Origin: Octopus sinensis
Taxonomy: Eukaryota
Length of the DNA: 64,000 nt
NCBI RefSeq assembly: GCF_006345805.1
Contig: NC_043002.1
Coordinates: forward strand, 95,108,001-95,172,000
Direction of reading: 5' to 3'
Positions 43,827 through 56,384 of the stretch are shown here, piece by piece. The first letter of the stretch is position 1; each line of letters opens with the position of its first letter. Under the pieces are notes generated by a model that saw nothing but the letters and a program-made list of their open reading frames with translations, was not told the DNA's origin and did no database searches. Both the position numbers and the translations under genes were made by a program.

Positions 43827-45005
43827 ACGGCATGCTGGCAGAAATGTTAGCATGCCGGGTGAAATACTTAGTGCTATTTTGTCTGTCTTTACATTCTGAG
43901 TTCAAATTCCGCCAAGGTCAACTTTGTCTTTCACCCTTTCGGGATCGGTAAATTAAGTACCAGTTGTGTACTGGGGTTGATGTAATCAACTTAGCCCCAT
44001 CCTCAAAGATTTTAGGCCTTGTGCCTAGAATAGAAATGATTATAATAAGGCAGTGAGCTAGCAGAATCATTAGCATGCTGGGCAAAATGATTAGCAGTTT
44101 TTGATCCGTCTAGTGCTATTTTGTCTGTCTTTACATTCTGAGTTCAAATTCCGCCAAGGTCAACTTTGTGTTTCACCCTTTCGGGATCGATAAATTAAGT
44201 ACCAGTTGTGTACTGGGGTTGATGTAATCAACTTAGCCCCATCCTCAAAGATTTTAGGCCTTGTGCCTAGAATAGAAATGATTATAATAAGGCAGTGAGC
44301 TAGCAGAATCATTAGCATGCTGGGCAAAATGATTAGCAGTTTTTGATCCGTCTAGTGCTATTTTGTCTGTCTTTACATTCTGAGTTCAAATTCCGCCAAG
44401 GTCAACTTTGTGTTTCACCCTTTCGGGATCGATAAATTAAGTACCAGTGTGTACTGGGGTTGATGTAATCAACTTAGCCCCATCCTCAAAGATTTTAGGC
44501 CTTGTGCCTAGAATAGAAATGATTATAATAAGGCAGTGAGCTAGCAGAATCATTAGCATGCTGGGCAAAATGATTAGCAGTTTTTGATCCGTCTAGTGCT
44601 ATTTTGTCTGTCTTTACATTCTGAGTTCAAATTCCGCCAAGGTCAACTTTGTCTTTCACCCTTTCGGGATCGGTAAATTAAGTACCAGTTGTGTACTGGG
44701 GTTGATGTAATCAACTTAGCCCCATCCTCAAAGATTTTAGGCCTTGTGCCTAGAATAGAAATGATTATAATAAGGCAGTGAGCTAGCAGAATCATTAGCA
44801 TGCTGGGCAAAATGATTAGCAGTTTTTGATCCGTCTAGTGCTATTTTGTCTGCCTTTACATTCTGAGTTCAAATTCCGCCAAGGTTAACTTTGCCTTTCA
44901 TCCTTTCTGGATCAATGAAATTTAAGTACCAGTTATGCACTTGGGTCAATATAATCAACTAGCCACTCCCCCAAAATTTCAGGCCTTATACCTATAGAAG
45001 AAAGG
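43827..45005 (+). repeat. 242-bp tandem repeat (4 units) built from family C SINE sequence
   Basis: TAGTGCTATTTTGTCTG at 43869, 44111, 44353, 44594, 44836. Confidence 0.95.
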
Positions 45006-45226
45006 ATTATTATTAATTTTTTTTTTTGTTATCACAGATTTTGTTGGAGCTCCTGGAGTCTTGCATGCATAGCAGGCTTACTACCTGCAGCCAATGGTAC
45101 CATGCTATCCATTCATTTCACCTGTGTAATAGTTTCCTGATTATTCTTCTTCTTATTATTATTATTATTATCGTTATTATGATAATGATAATAATAATAA
45201 TTATTATTTTTTTTGCATACTGTAGT

Positions 45227-45815
45227 CGAGTATAGGACGGATCCAGCTATCAGCTGAATCCATAGTGAAGATTGCCCCGCCAACCTCCTTTAACCGGGAG
45301 GGCAAGGCAGTTTTCATTTGCCTAGTGGCTGTAGTGAAAGAGGTGGTATGGTGGACCCGTTTGAAAGGGCTAAGGTCAGACACTTTCCTCTTTGGCCCAG
45401 GCCTCATCAACTTTTTCAAGTTTAACTTGAAAAGGAAGGTGAGAGTAGAGAGGGAAGTGTTGTCCGATAGCAAATTTACTGAAAGGTGGATAAATGTCGC
45501 AAGAATGGCCAGTATGAAAAGAGCCATTCTGAGATTACACCTGTGATTTAAAAAGGTAATATAAAAGGAGAAAGGGGCTCTCTACCCCGCTTTTGACCAG
45601 GCTCCTGTGGCTTTTATGGGTTTTTCCACCAGGAACCTTTCGAAGCGCCTCCCCTTATTGGGAGTTTTTCATTGTTAAATATTTTCATTGTTACACTGTT
45701 TTTTACACGGATTTTTGAAACGGGCAAAACTCTTTGTAACTTTCGTCCTGTGTTTTGTCCCTTTATGTTATAATTAATTTTTGTCAGCCCTTGTGGCCAA
45801 TAAAGGAATTAATTA
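45227..45815 (+). mobile_element. 5'-truncated L1/Tx1-like LINE 3' end with 17-bp TSD
   Basis: TSD TTTTTGCATACTGTAGT at 45210 and 45816; ORF2-like C-terminus FICLVAVVKEVVWWTR...KFTERW; AATAAA near the end. Confidence 0.75.
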
Positions 45816-46343
45816 TTTTTGCATACTGTAGTGAGAGGGGGGAATAGTTATGTGACAGAAATGATTCAACATTAGACCAAATGGTTCGCAGTATTTAACA
45901 TTATATCTCTAAGTATTAAATTCAAAACCTGCTGGAGTTGGTTTTGAATTTATTTCTCCAGAGATAACCAGGTTGATTCAATAAAAGATTGATTTTGTGC
46001 TTTGATTAAAAAAGAAAACAAGAAAAAGATATTTTCCATATTGGTAGATAGAATGGATTACTCATATACACAGTGGAAACAGATATGACACAAAGTGCAA
46101 TATATAAAGAGAAAGATTGTGGTATCTATACGGTGTGCCAGAAAAGCCCTAAAATGGATTAAATGCATTCAGCAAACATTATGCTATTATTGTCTCCCAT
46201 ACTTTCTGAAATTGTTATAATATTATTAGTCACTGAACTCATATTCTTGTCATCATCTTCTTACTGTTAATATTTCTAATTAGATTTTTAATATTCTGTA
46301 TTAAATATATTTGCTCTCATTTAACTGTTCATTTTTCATGCAG

Positions 46344-46460
46344 ATGGCATCTAAGCAATTAACCTCAGCGCTTTGGTTGATTTTAAATACAATAATTTTC
46401 TATTTCCATTTGGGCTGCTATACAACAGCCCTGTTTAGTGATTATTTTATTTCAGCTTTG
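46344..46460 (+). CDS. Candidate first coding exon of a secreted or membrane protein
   Basis: TTAAC branch site, TTTTTCATGCAG|ATG; MASKQLTSALWLILNTIIFYFHLGCYTTALFSDYFISAL (39 codons); TTG|GCAAGT GC donor; non-repetitive context. Confidence 0.4.
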
Positions 46461-46666
46461 GCAAGTTAGATGCAGCAAATTCTCTGAATCATTAGTGTGT
46501 CAGATAGGATGTGTTGTAATACTTGTTTTTTCCTGACTCCTACCTTCTGGTAATTATTTCTACTCTTTGTACTTTGAGTTCCAATCCTGCTGATTTCAAC
46601 TCTGCCTTTTTATTCTTATGGGTTTGGTAAAATACTGATCCATTAGTTACTCTCTCTCTCTCTCTC

Positions 46667-46724
<58 letters not shown>

Positions 46725-47096
46725 TATACATACATATATATATGTATATATATGCACACATATATATACATACATATATATATGTATATATATGCACACA
46801 CATGCATGCATACATACATACACATATGCATACATATGTACATGCATGCATAGGCACACATACACACACACACACACACACACTGACCCACACGCATGTG
46901 CACAAACAAAAAAATGAAACGCAGTGTAAATAACAGACAGTCAAGACTATTGAAAAGGTTGCAAGATGCAATGAAAATTTTAGGAAAATAAAAATAAGAA
47001 ATAAGAAATAATTTTACTGGTGTCTGTGTTAAATTATAAAACAAAAAGAAAATGACTCTCCCCAGACACAACTGCATATATATATATATATAAATA

Positions 47097-47141
<45 letters not shown>

Positions 47142-47160
47142 ATTATATATATATATATAT

Positions 47161-50100
47161 AATTATTACATTATATAAAAGGGCTTAGTAAAATAAATTA
47201 CTTTGCCGCATACTGAACTCATTAGAAATAGCAGCTAAAAAAACTTTTTAAAACTATTTCCAATACTTAAAGAAAACCTCTCTCATATAGTGTTTGCTCA
47301 ACTCAACTCACGCAAATATGGGGGTAGAGACATTAAAAAATCAAGTGCAAAGGTTATTTGAGAACGTACGTTTCAAGATTAGTCAAAATTCGACATTTCT
47401 ATCATCAGCTCAGAACTCCCTGGTTTGGATTTGAAAACACTGAAAGTAGGAGCATACCCTTTCGGCTTCCTCTCGCTTCTGAAGATCTGCTCGTAACTAA
47501 CAGTGCCAACAAACTCAAAAATGCAAGCGAAGAATTTCTGCTCTCCCCTTTCCACCAGCGTGGGCTAAAATCAGCAAACACTATGCTTTTTTCGGTAAAA
47601 TCCGCGGCATTATATAGAGAGAGATGAATTATAATTTCAACAATTGAGGGTAAAATTAATTAATTAATCAATTTCACCAAGTATTCAGTATGCAAAGGAC
47701 CATTTAAGGCGAATTCAAATTATTACATTATATAAAAGGGCTTAGTAAAATAAATTACTTTGCCGCATACTGAACTCATTAGAAATAGCAGCTAAAAAAA
47801 CTTTTTAAAACTATTTCCAATACTTAAAGAAAACCTCTCTCATATAGTGTTTGCTCAACTCAACTCACGCAAATATGGGGGTAGAGACATTAAAAAGTCA
47901 AGTGCAAAGGTTATTTGAGAACGTACGTTTCAAGATTAGTCAAAATTCGACATTTCTATCATCAGCTCAGAACTCCCTGGTTTGGATTGAAAACACTGAA
48001 AGTAGGAGCATACCCTTTCGGCTTCCTCTCGCTTCTGAAGATCTGCTCGTAACTAACAGTGCCAACAAACTCAAAAATGCAAGCGAAGAATTTCTGCTCT
48101 CCCCTTTCCACCAGTGTGGGCTAAAATCAGCAAACACTATGCTTTTTTCGGTAAAATCCGCGGCATTATATAGAGAGAGATGAATTATAATTTCAACAAT
48201 TGAGGGTAAAATTAATTAATTAATCATTTCACCAAGTATTCAGTATGCAAAGGGACCATTTAAGGCGAATTCAAATTATTACATTATATAAAAGGGCTTA
48301 GTAAAATAAATTACTTGCCGCATACTGAACTCATTAGAAATAGCAGCTAAAAAAACTTTTTAAAACTATTTCCAATACTTAAAGAAAACCTCTCTCATAT
48401 AGTGTTTGCTCAACTCAACTCACGCAAATATGGGGGTAGAGACATTAAAAAGTCAAGTGCAAAGGTTATTTGAGAACGTACGTTTCAAGATTAGTCAAAA
48501 TTCGACATTTCTATCATCAGCTCAGAACTCCCTGGTTTGGATTTGAAAACACTGAAAGTAGGAGCATACCCTTTCGGCTTCCTCTCGCTTCTGAAGATCT
48601 GCTCGTAACTAACAGTGCCACAAACTCAAAAATGCAAGCGAAGAATTTCTGCTCTCCCCTTTCCACCAGCGTGGGCTAAAATCAGCAAACACTATGCTTT
48701 TTTCGGTAAAATCCGCGGCATTATATAGAGAGAGATGAATTATAATTTCAACAATTGAGGGTAAAATTAATTAATTATCAATTTCACCAAGTATTCAGTA
48801 TGCAAAGGGACCATTTAAGGCGAATTCAAATTATTACATTATATAAAAGGGCTTAGTAAAATAAATTACTTTGCCGCATACTGAACTCATTAGAAATAGC
48901 AGCTAAAAAAACTTTTTAAAACTATTTCCAATACTTAAAGAAAACCTCTCTCATATAGTGTTTGCTCAACTCAACTCACGCAAATATGGGGGTAGAGACA
49001 TTAAAAAGTCAAGTGCAAAGGTTATTTGAGAACGTACGTTTCAAGATTAGTCAAAATTCGACATTTCTATCATCAGCTCAGAACTCCCTGGTTTGGATTT
49101 GAAAACACTGAAAGTAGGAGCATACCTTTCGGCTTCCTCTCGCTTTGAAGATCTGCTCGTAACTAACAGTGCCAACAAACTCAAAAATGCAAGCGAAGAA
49201 TTTCTGCTCTCCCCTTTCCACCAGCGTGGGCTAAAATCAGCAAACACTATGCTTTTTTCGGTAAAATCCGCGGCATTATATAGAGAGAGATGAATTATAA
49301 TTTCAACAATTGAGGGTAAAATTAATTAATTAATCAATTTCACCAAGTATTCAGTATGCAAAGGGACCATTTAAGGCGAATTCAAATTATTACATTATAT
49401 AAAAGGGCTTAGTAAAATAAATTACTTTGCCGCATACTGAACTCATTAGAAATAGCAGCTAAAAAAACTTTTTAAAACTATTTCCAATACTTAAGAAAAC
49501 CTCTCTCATATAGTGTTTGCTCAACTCAACTCACGCAAATATGGGGGTAGAGACATTAAAAAGTCAAGTGCAAAGGTTATTTGAGAACGTACGTTTCAAG
49601 ATTAGTCAAAATTCGACATTTCTATCATCAGCTCAGAACTCCCTGGTTTGGATTTGAAAACACGAAAGTAGGAGCATACCCTTTCGGCTTCCTCTCGCTT
49701 CTGAAGATCTGCTCGTAACTAACAGTGCCACAAACTCAAAAATGCAAGCGAAGAATTTCTGCTCTCCCCTTTCCACCAGTGTGGGCTAAAATCAGCAAAC
49801 ACTATGCTTTTTTCGGTAAAATCCGCGGCATTATATAGAGAGAGATGAATTATAATTTCAACAATTGAGGGTAAAATTAATTAATTAATCAATTTCACCA
49901 AGTATTCAGTATGCAAAGGGACCATTTAAGGCGAATTCAAATTATTACATTATATAAAAGGGCTTAGTAAAATAAATTACTTTGCCGCATACTGAACTCA
50001 TTAGAAATAGCAGCTAAAAAAACTTTTTAAAACTATTTCCAATACTTAAAGAAAACCTCTCTCATATAGTGTTTGCTCAACTCAACTCACGCAAATATGG

Positions 50101-51068
50101 GGGTAGAGACATTAAAAAGTCAAGTGCAAAGGTTATTTGAGAACGTACGTTTCAAGATTAGTCAAAATTCGACATTTCTATCATCAGCTCAGAACTCCCT
50201 GGTTTGGATTTGAAAACACTGAAAGTAGGAGCATACCCTTTCGGCTTCCTCTCGCTTCTGAAGATCTGCTCGTAACTAACAGTGCCAACAAACTCAAAAA
50301 TGCAAGCGAAGAATTTCTGCTCTCCCCTTTCCACCAGTGTGGGCTAAAATCAGCAAACACTATGCTTTTTTCGGTAAAATCCGCGGCATTATATAGAGAG
50401 AGATGAATTATAATTTCAACAATTGAGGGTAAAATTAATTAATTAATCAATTTCACCAAGTATTCAGTATGCAAAGGGACCATTTAAGGCGAATTCAAAT
50501 TATTACATTATATAAAAGGGCTTAGTAAAATAAATTACTTTGCCGCATACTGAACTCATTAGAAATAGCAGCTAAAAAAACTTTTTAAAACTATTTCCAA
50601 TACTTAAAGAAAACCTCTCTCATATAGTGTTTGCTCAACTCAACTCACGCAAATATGGGGGTAGAGACATTAAAAAGTCAAGTGCAAAGGTTATTTGAGA
50701 ACGTACGTTTCAAGATTAGTCAAAATTCGACATTTCTATCATCAGCTCAGAACTCCCTGGTTTGGATTTGAAAACACTGAAAGTAGGAGCATACCCTTTC
50801 GGCTTCCTCTCGCTTCTGAAGATCTGCTCGTAACTAACAGTGCCAACAAACTCAAAAATGCAAGCGAAGAATTTCTGCTCTCCCCTTTCCACCAGTGTGG
50901 GCTAAAATCAGCAAACACTATGCTTTTTTCGGTAAAATCCGCGGCATTATATAGAGAGAGATGAATTATAATTTCAACAATTGAGGGTAAAATTAATTAA
51001 TTAATCAATTTCACCAAGTATTCAGTATGCAAAGGGACCATTTAAGGCGAAATTCAAATTATTACATT
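47161..51068. repeat. ~558-bp tandem array, 7 near-identical units, each with a hammerhead ribozyme motif on the - strand
   Basis: Unit start AATTATTACATTATATAAAAGGGC at 47161, 47718, 48274, 48829, 49385, 49940, 50498 and a 12-bp stub at 51057; preceded by (TA)n. Confidence 0.97.
47359..47412 (-). ncRNA. Hammerhead motif, array unit 1 (same motif at 47916, 48471, 49027, 49582, 50138, 50696; 54 nt each)
   Basis: Reverse complement of the 51489-51542 motif, unchanged in all seven units. Confidence 0.75.
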
Positions 51069-51822
51069 TTCTTTAAGTATTGGAAATAGTTTTAAAAAGT
51101 TTTTTTAGCTGCTATTTCTAATGAGTTCAGTATGCGGCAAAGTAATTTATTTTACTAAGCCCTTTTATATAATGTAATAATTTGAATTCGCCTTAAATGG
51201 TCCCTTTGCATACTGAATACTTGGTGAAATTGATTAATTAATTAATTTTACCCTCAATTGTTGAAATTATAATTCATCTCTCTCTATATAATGCCGCGGA
51301 TTTTACCGAAAAAAGCATAGTGTTTGCTGATTTTAGCCCACGCTGGTGGAAAGGGGAGAGCAGAAATTCTTCGCTTGCATTTTTGAGTTTGTTGGCACTG
51401 TTAGTTACGAGCAGATCTTCAGAAGCGAGAGGAAGCCGAAAGGGTATGCTCCTACTTTCAGTGTTTTCAAATCCAAACCAGGGAGTTCTGAGCTGATGAT
51501 AGAAATGTCGAATTTTGACTAATCTTGAAACGTACGTTCTCAAATAACCTTTGCACTTGATTTTTTAATGTCTCTACCCCCATATTTGCGTGAGTTGAGT
51601 TGAGCAAACACTATATGAGAGAGGTTTTCTTTAAGTATTGGAAATAGTTTTAAAAAGTTTTTTTTAGCTGCTATTTCTAATGAGTTCAGTATGCGGCAAA
51701 GTAATTTATTTTACTAAGCCCTTTTATATAATGTAATAATTTGAATTCGCCTTAAATGGTCCCTTTGCATACTGAATACTTGGTGAAATTGATTAATTAA
51801 TTAATTTTACCCTCAATTGTTG

Positions 51823-51826
<4 letters not shown>
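51067..51826 (-). repeat. Inverted ~1.4 units of the 558-bp repeat
   Basis: Reverse complement of the unit; TTTTCTTTAAG recurs at 51067 and 51625 (period 558); ends in (TA)n. Confidence 0.97.
51489..51542 (+). ncRNA. Type I minimal hammerhead ribozyme motif (inverted arm)
   Basis: UGAG-CUGAUGA-[U AGA AAU GUCGA AUU UUGAC UAA UCU U]-GAAAC-GUAC-GUU-CUCA; stem I UGAG/CUCA, palindromic stem III AACGUACGUU. Confidence 0.75.
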
Positions 51827-51878
<52 letters not shown>

Positions 51879-54804
51879 TATGATAATATATATATATGTC
51901 TTGTACTTGCAACCTAAAGACCTTGATCATCCAGATAAACTGCAGCCTCATGGGCCTGTAGGCTCAAAGCAGACTTTATAGTATTTACACACTTACACAC
52001 ACATACACACACAGTGGTAGTCAACTCAGTTTTGAACATAACAACTTTCACATTGAATTTGGTAGCATTTCTACCCCAAGCCCTCAGACAACTACTCAAA
52101 GCCTTAATTTTGTTTCAATTTTTATTCCTTTCATTTCAAACATAGCATATAATTTGGTCAAGAATCCACTATTGTGCATTCATCCAAAATTAATTTTCAG
52201 CCCAGCAGTAGGCAAGCACACCTTTCAATTGAAGTGCCTTACTGCTGATTGAGTTGTATGCATATAGGCAATCCATGCTGGTTTATGTATGTATTTGTAC
52301 ATATGTCAGACATATGTACACATCTAAATGTATACATACCTTTCTATATAAACTATTTACAAATAATTCTTTTAAATGAAATTCTATTAACATATCTGTT
52401 TATTAAATTATGTAATACAGTGACCTGAAAGAATTTATACAATAGAATGTTAATAGGCTTTACAATTTAGAATCAAGAACATATTGTTTAAAGAATTTCT
52501 TTAATAGTTGTTTCAATGTCCTTACCAATTAACTTTGAATTGTTAACTGAATATGCTGGTCTTGCAAATAAATCCTACTGCAAAGCACAAATCACTTGTA
52601 TTCTTGTAAATGTAACTCTTCCATGTCAGTAGTAATATCTTCCATTGAGGTTTTACGTCTTACGTTCTATCTACAGTTCAATTTCTATTGATTTATATCT
52701 TCATCCTTGCTCTTCTTTTCCATTATCATTATCACCATTTTTGTTTTATATTCAAGAAACTGATATGTATCTAGTATCATTAGTTCTTTTATATTTCATG
52801 CTCTGAAGAATAAAAGCAATGCCTTTTAGCTTACATAGACTTTCCCAAACGAGATCTATGAGGGGAGTGCTAGAAAGAAGTTTGAAATTCAGATAAACTA
52901 CAGTATATTTTGTTCTATCCTTTCCTATAAAGAACTACACATAATCTTCCTAGAATAGATTCAGAGCTGCTCTATGACTGCTACTAATTCCTTTATTCTT
53001 TTACTAGTTTCAGTCAGTGGTCTGCAATCATGCTGGAAGAAGTGTCTTCATGGATTGTAGTCAACTCTGTCACTCACCACCACCACAACCACTAGCATTC
53101 AGTTCTTATTTTAGTTTGTTATTTTATCAATGTCTTTTTGTTGAACTGCTGTGTTACAGAACATAAATGAACATGACATTTAACACCGCACCAGTTCACA
53201 CACAAATTCACAAACACACAGCCCCACAAACACACACACATGCGAGCATGCCCACATATGCATACATACATGCGTACATACACACACACACACACACACA
53301 GCATCAGTATTCATTACAGCTATCTATATTCTGAGTTCAAATACCACTGACTTCAACCTTATCTTTCATCTTTTTGAAGTCAGTAATGTACAATTCCTAT
53401 AATGTGAGTGAGTCGTCTCTTTCTCTCCTCCTTCCTCTCTCTCTCTCTCAAATTAGCTGTGAACAGACCTCAAGTGAGATGGGCTCTGCCAGGCTTAATA
53501 ATGTCTAAGGTACACCATTTCCTATGGTTCTGCTCCTGAGTCTCCAGCAGGAGCTAAAAGCCTGAGGCAAGGCATATATTATGGACATCTAAACAGTTTT
53601 CACATACAAAATCTCACTCACAAAATAATGGTCAACCCAAAGATAACAGAGATCTCTTATGGTGGGACTGAACTCAGAACCACATAGTTATAAAGGAGCC
53701 GAAGCCAGGCAATCTGTCTGTGACTGCATGAAAGACAAATCAGAAATCTGTTGAAGGAAACAGCTGAATATAAGAGGAATAGACATGTGATAAGTATGGA
53801 AAATAACAGTTGGTTAAAAAAAAGTGGGGGGGGGGTGCAAACAATCCATGTGGAAAGAACATGGAGACTGGACAGTGGAAGAAAAAGTGATGAAGGATGA
53901 TGTCAAACTTCTGAATTTCATGAAGGAGATATGACATCCCAACAAGTGATGATGAGCTCCGCTGGAGAAGACTTGATCTACCCATGCAAACATGGAAAAG
54001 CAGGTATAAAACAATGATCATGATGATTGCTTCAGTTCAATTAGATACTTGAATTGGTAGCAAATTGCCTTGGTATGTTACATCCGTAAGAACAGTTGTT
54101 TAGTGTTCCAAGTCAGTACTAGTTGAGCAGCGTTACAACTATAGTACCTTATATATTCTTCATTGTTTTACGACATTAGGATGTGATTTAATGGAAACTT
54201 GGTTTCTGTTTTTAGCTGGTCAATCATCTGTATGGAGGCTTGGTGACTGGATCAATTTCCTATCCAGTTGAAGGCATGTTTGTCATATGTCACAGCTAAA
54301 CACTAACCCTTGACCAGAGTTCCACATAGCTACATAGCTACATTTTGTTCTCCCAAGTAGCTGAATTCTTCCAAAGTTAGTCGATTGAGATGTCTAGTGT
54401 TTGAAAAAAAAATTGAACAACTAACATAAAAAGTCAGTTAATAATAGAAAGTTTTGGTCAATAGTAGAAATGTTTAATCAACAGGTGAAAGACGTGGTCA
54501 GTGTGAAGCTAGTCTTCAGTTGCAATGAACTCATTTTCAGTAAAAGTTCATTTAAGCTTATAATATTGTTGAGAATTTATATCATCTTACATTCCTGAAA
54601 CAACTTGGTTGAGAGACAAAAACAAATGCTGCAAAAGTCAAACAAATCGGACAATTGGGATAATTTATTGTCTCCAATGTTGTTTTCTCAACCTTTCTGT
54701 GTAAAATGATTAAAATAATTGGAATGTGTGAATGAAAGTTCAAGGAAAATTGTACATTCCTTGGCATCGTCTGAAAGTAATGTTACTCAACAGGGTGTAT
54801 AACT

Positions 54805-55067
54805 CTTGATAGGTCACAGTTCCAGTACTATGGACATGTGATTAGAATGCTGCAAAATAGAATTGCGAGATAGATTCTTCAAGCAAAACCAAATGGCAAT
54901 ATGCCTAGGAGTAGACCAAGGATGAGTGGGCTGCATTACATCCATGGTCTCAGTTAGCCAAACTTGAGACAGTTTCTTCAGCTAGAACCCTGTGGAAGAA
55001 GTGACTGAGGACTCTGTCCCCATGACCCTCCCAGGAATAGTAGATGGAGAAGATGGATTAATGGATC
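54805..55067 (+). mobile_element. RTE-clade LINE 3' fragment
   Basis: RSQFQYYGHVIRM...ILQAKPNGNMPRSRPR; ends in a GATGGA-type tail. Confidence 0.75.
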
Positions 55068-55598
55068 ATCTGAAAGTGAAGCAATGATAGGAAAGCCATT
55101 AGAAGTAATGACAATAAAATTTGCTATAATTTGTGTTGAGAAAGAGAGATTACGTTAAATTTTGCTATCAAAGCTAAAAAGTCATCACCTAATTGATATC
55201 CACTAAACAAAGCGGCAAAGAAATGTCATCTGGACTAATTGGGATTAGCAGAACTTTGTTTAGCAGTACTACTCGAGTGGTGCTTTGAGGGAAATGTACT
55301 TAAAATATGTGTGGGAATAAAAGAATATAGACAGATGGACAGATAGATAGATAGAATGGTGTGTAAAAGTGTGTGTATGTATGTATACACAGGTGGCACA
55401 TAAAAAGCACCCACTACACTCTCGGAGTGGTAGGCGTTAGGAAGGGCATCCAGCTGTAGAAACAATGCCAGATCACACTGGGCCTGGTGCAGCCTTCTGG
55501 CTTCCCAGACCCCAGTTGAACCGTCCAACCCATGCTAGCATGGAAAACGGACGTTAAACGATGATGATGATATGTATATATATATATATATATATATA

Positions 55599-55765
55599 CT
55601 TTATTTAAAGCAGCAGAAAATTCAACAAAACCTGTTACTCTGAGTTTCTCAGAGTAACAGGTTTTGTTGAATTTTCTGCTGCTTTAAATAAAGCATATTA
55701 CTCTACCACTGGTATTTGAGTACTCTTTTTTCCACCTTGTTTCACATTTATGTGTTTACTCCTGT
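55599..55765. mobile_element. Palindromic element in (TA)n: perfect 46-bp arms, 3-nt loop, plus a one-sided tail
   Basis: 55599-55644 / TTT / 55648-55693; same family in opposite orientation at 20321-20455. Confidence 0.85.
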
Positions 55766-56312
55766 ATATATATATATATATATATATCTTTGCTTGCGAA
55801 GACCTGTTGGAGCAAGTGAAATCGAAATTGAACCAAATTCGATGATTGGCACCTATGCCAGTGGAGCGCTAACAGCTCGATCCGAGCAGGATCACTGCCA
55901 AAGCAACTGTCTGGCTTCCCTGCTGGTGAGCATGTAAAAAGCATCATTTGAGAGTGATCGTTACTAGCGTCGCCTTACTGGCACGGGAACAAAACATTCG
56001 AGCGAGGTCGTTGCCTGTGCTGCTGGACTGACTCTTGTGCAGGTGGCACGTAAAAATCACCATTTCGAGCATGGCCTTTGCCAGTACCACTTGACTGGCC
56101 CTCATGCTGGTGGCACGTAAAAGTACCCACTACACTCTCAGAGTGGTTGGCGTTAGGAAGGGCATCCAGCTGTAGAAACTCTGCCTGATCAGATTGGAGT
56201 CTGGTGCAGCAATCTGGCTCACCAGACCTCAGTCAAATTGTCCAACCCATGCTAGCATGGAAAGCGGACGTTAAACGATGATGATGATGATGATATACAT
56301 ATATATATATAA

Positions 56313-56358
<46 letters not shown>

Positions 56359-56384
56359 TTTAATAGACACAGTAAATGTTTTTA

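Noticed and set aside
47478-47535. CTGAAGAT motif on + strand of the unit as a second hammerhead
   Set aside because: No correctly placed GAAA box or closing stem I
47358-47627. Repeated 89-aa ORF MRTYVSRLVK... in the array
   Set aside because: TTG start, no recognisable domain, antisense to the hammerhead, broken by indels in several units
47161-51056. Single-base indels between units as evolutionary signal
   Set aside because: Mostly unique deletions in short homopolymers, typical of long-read error
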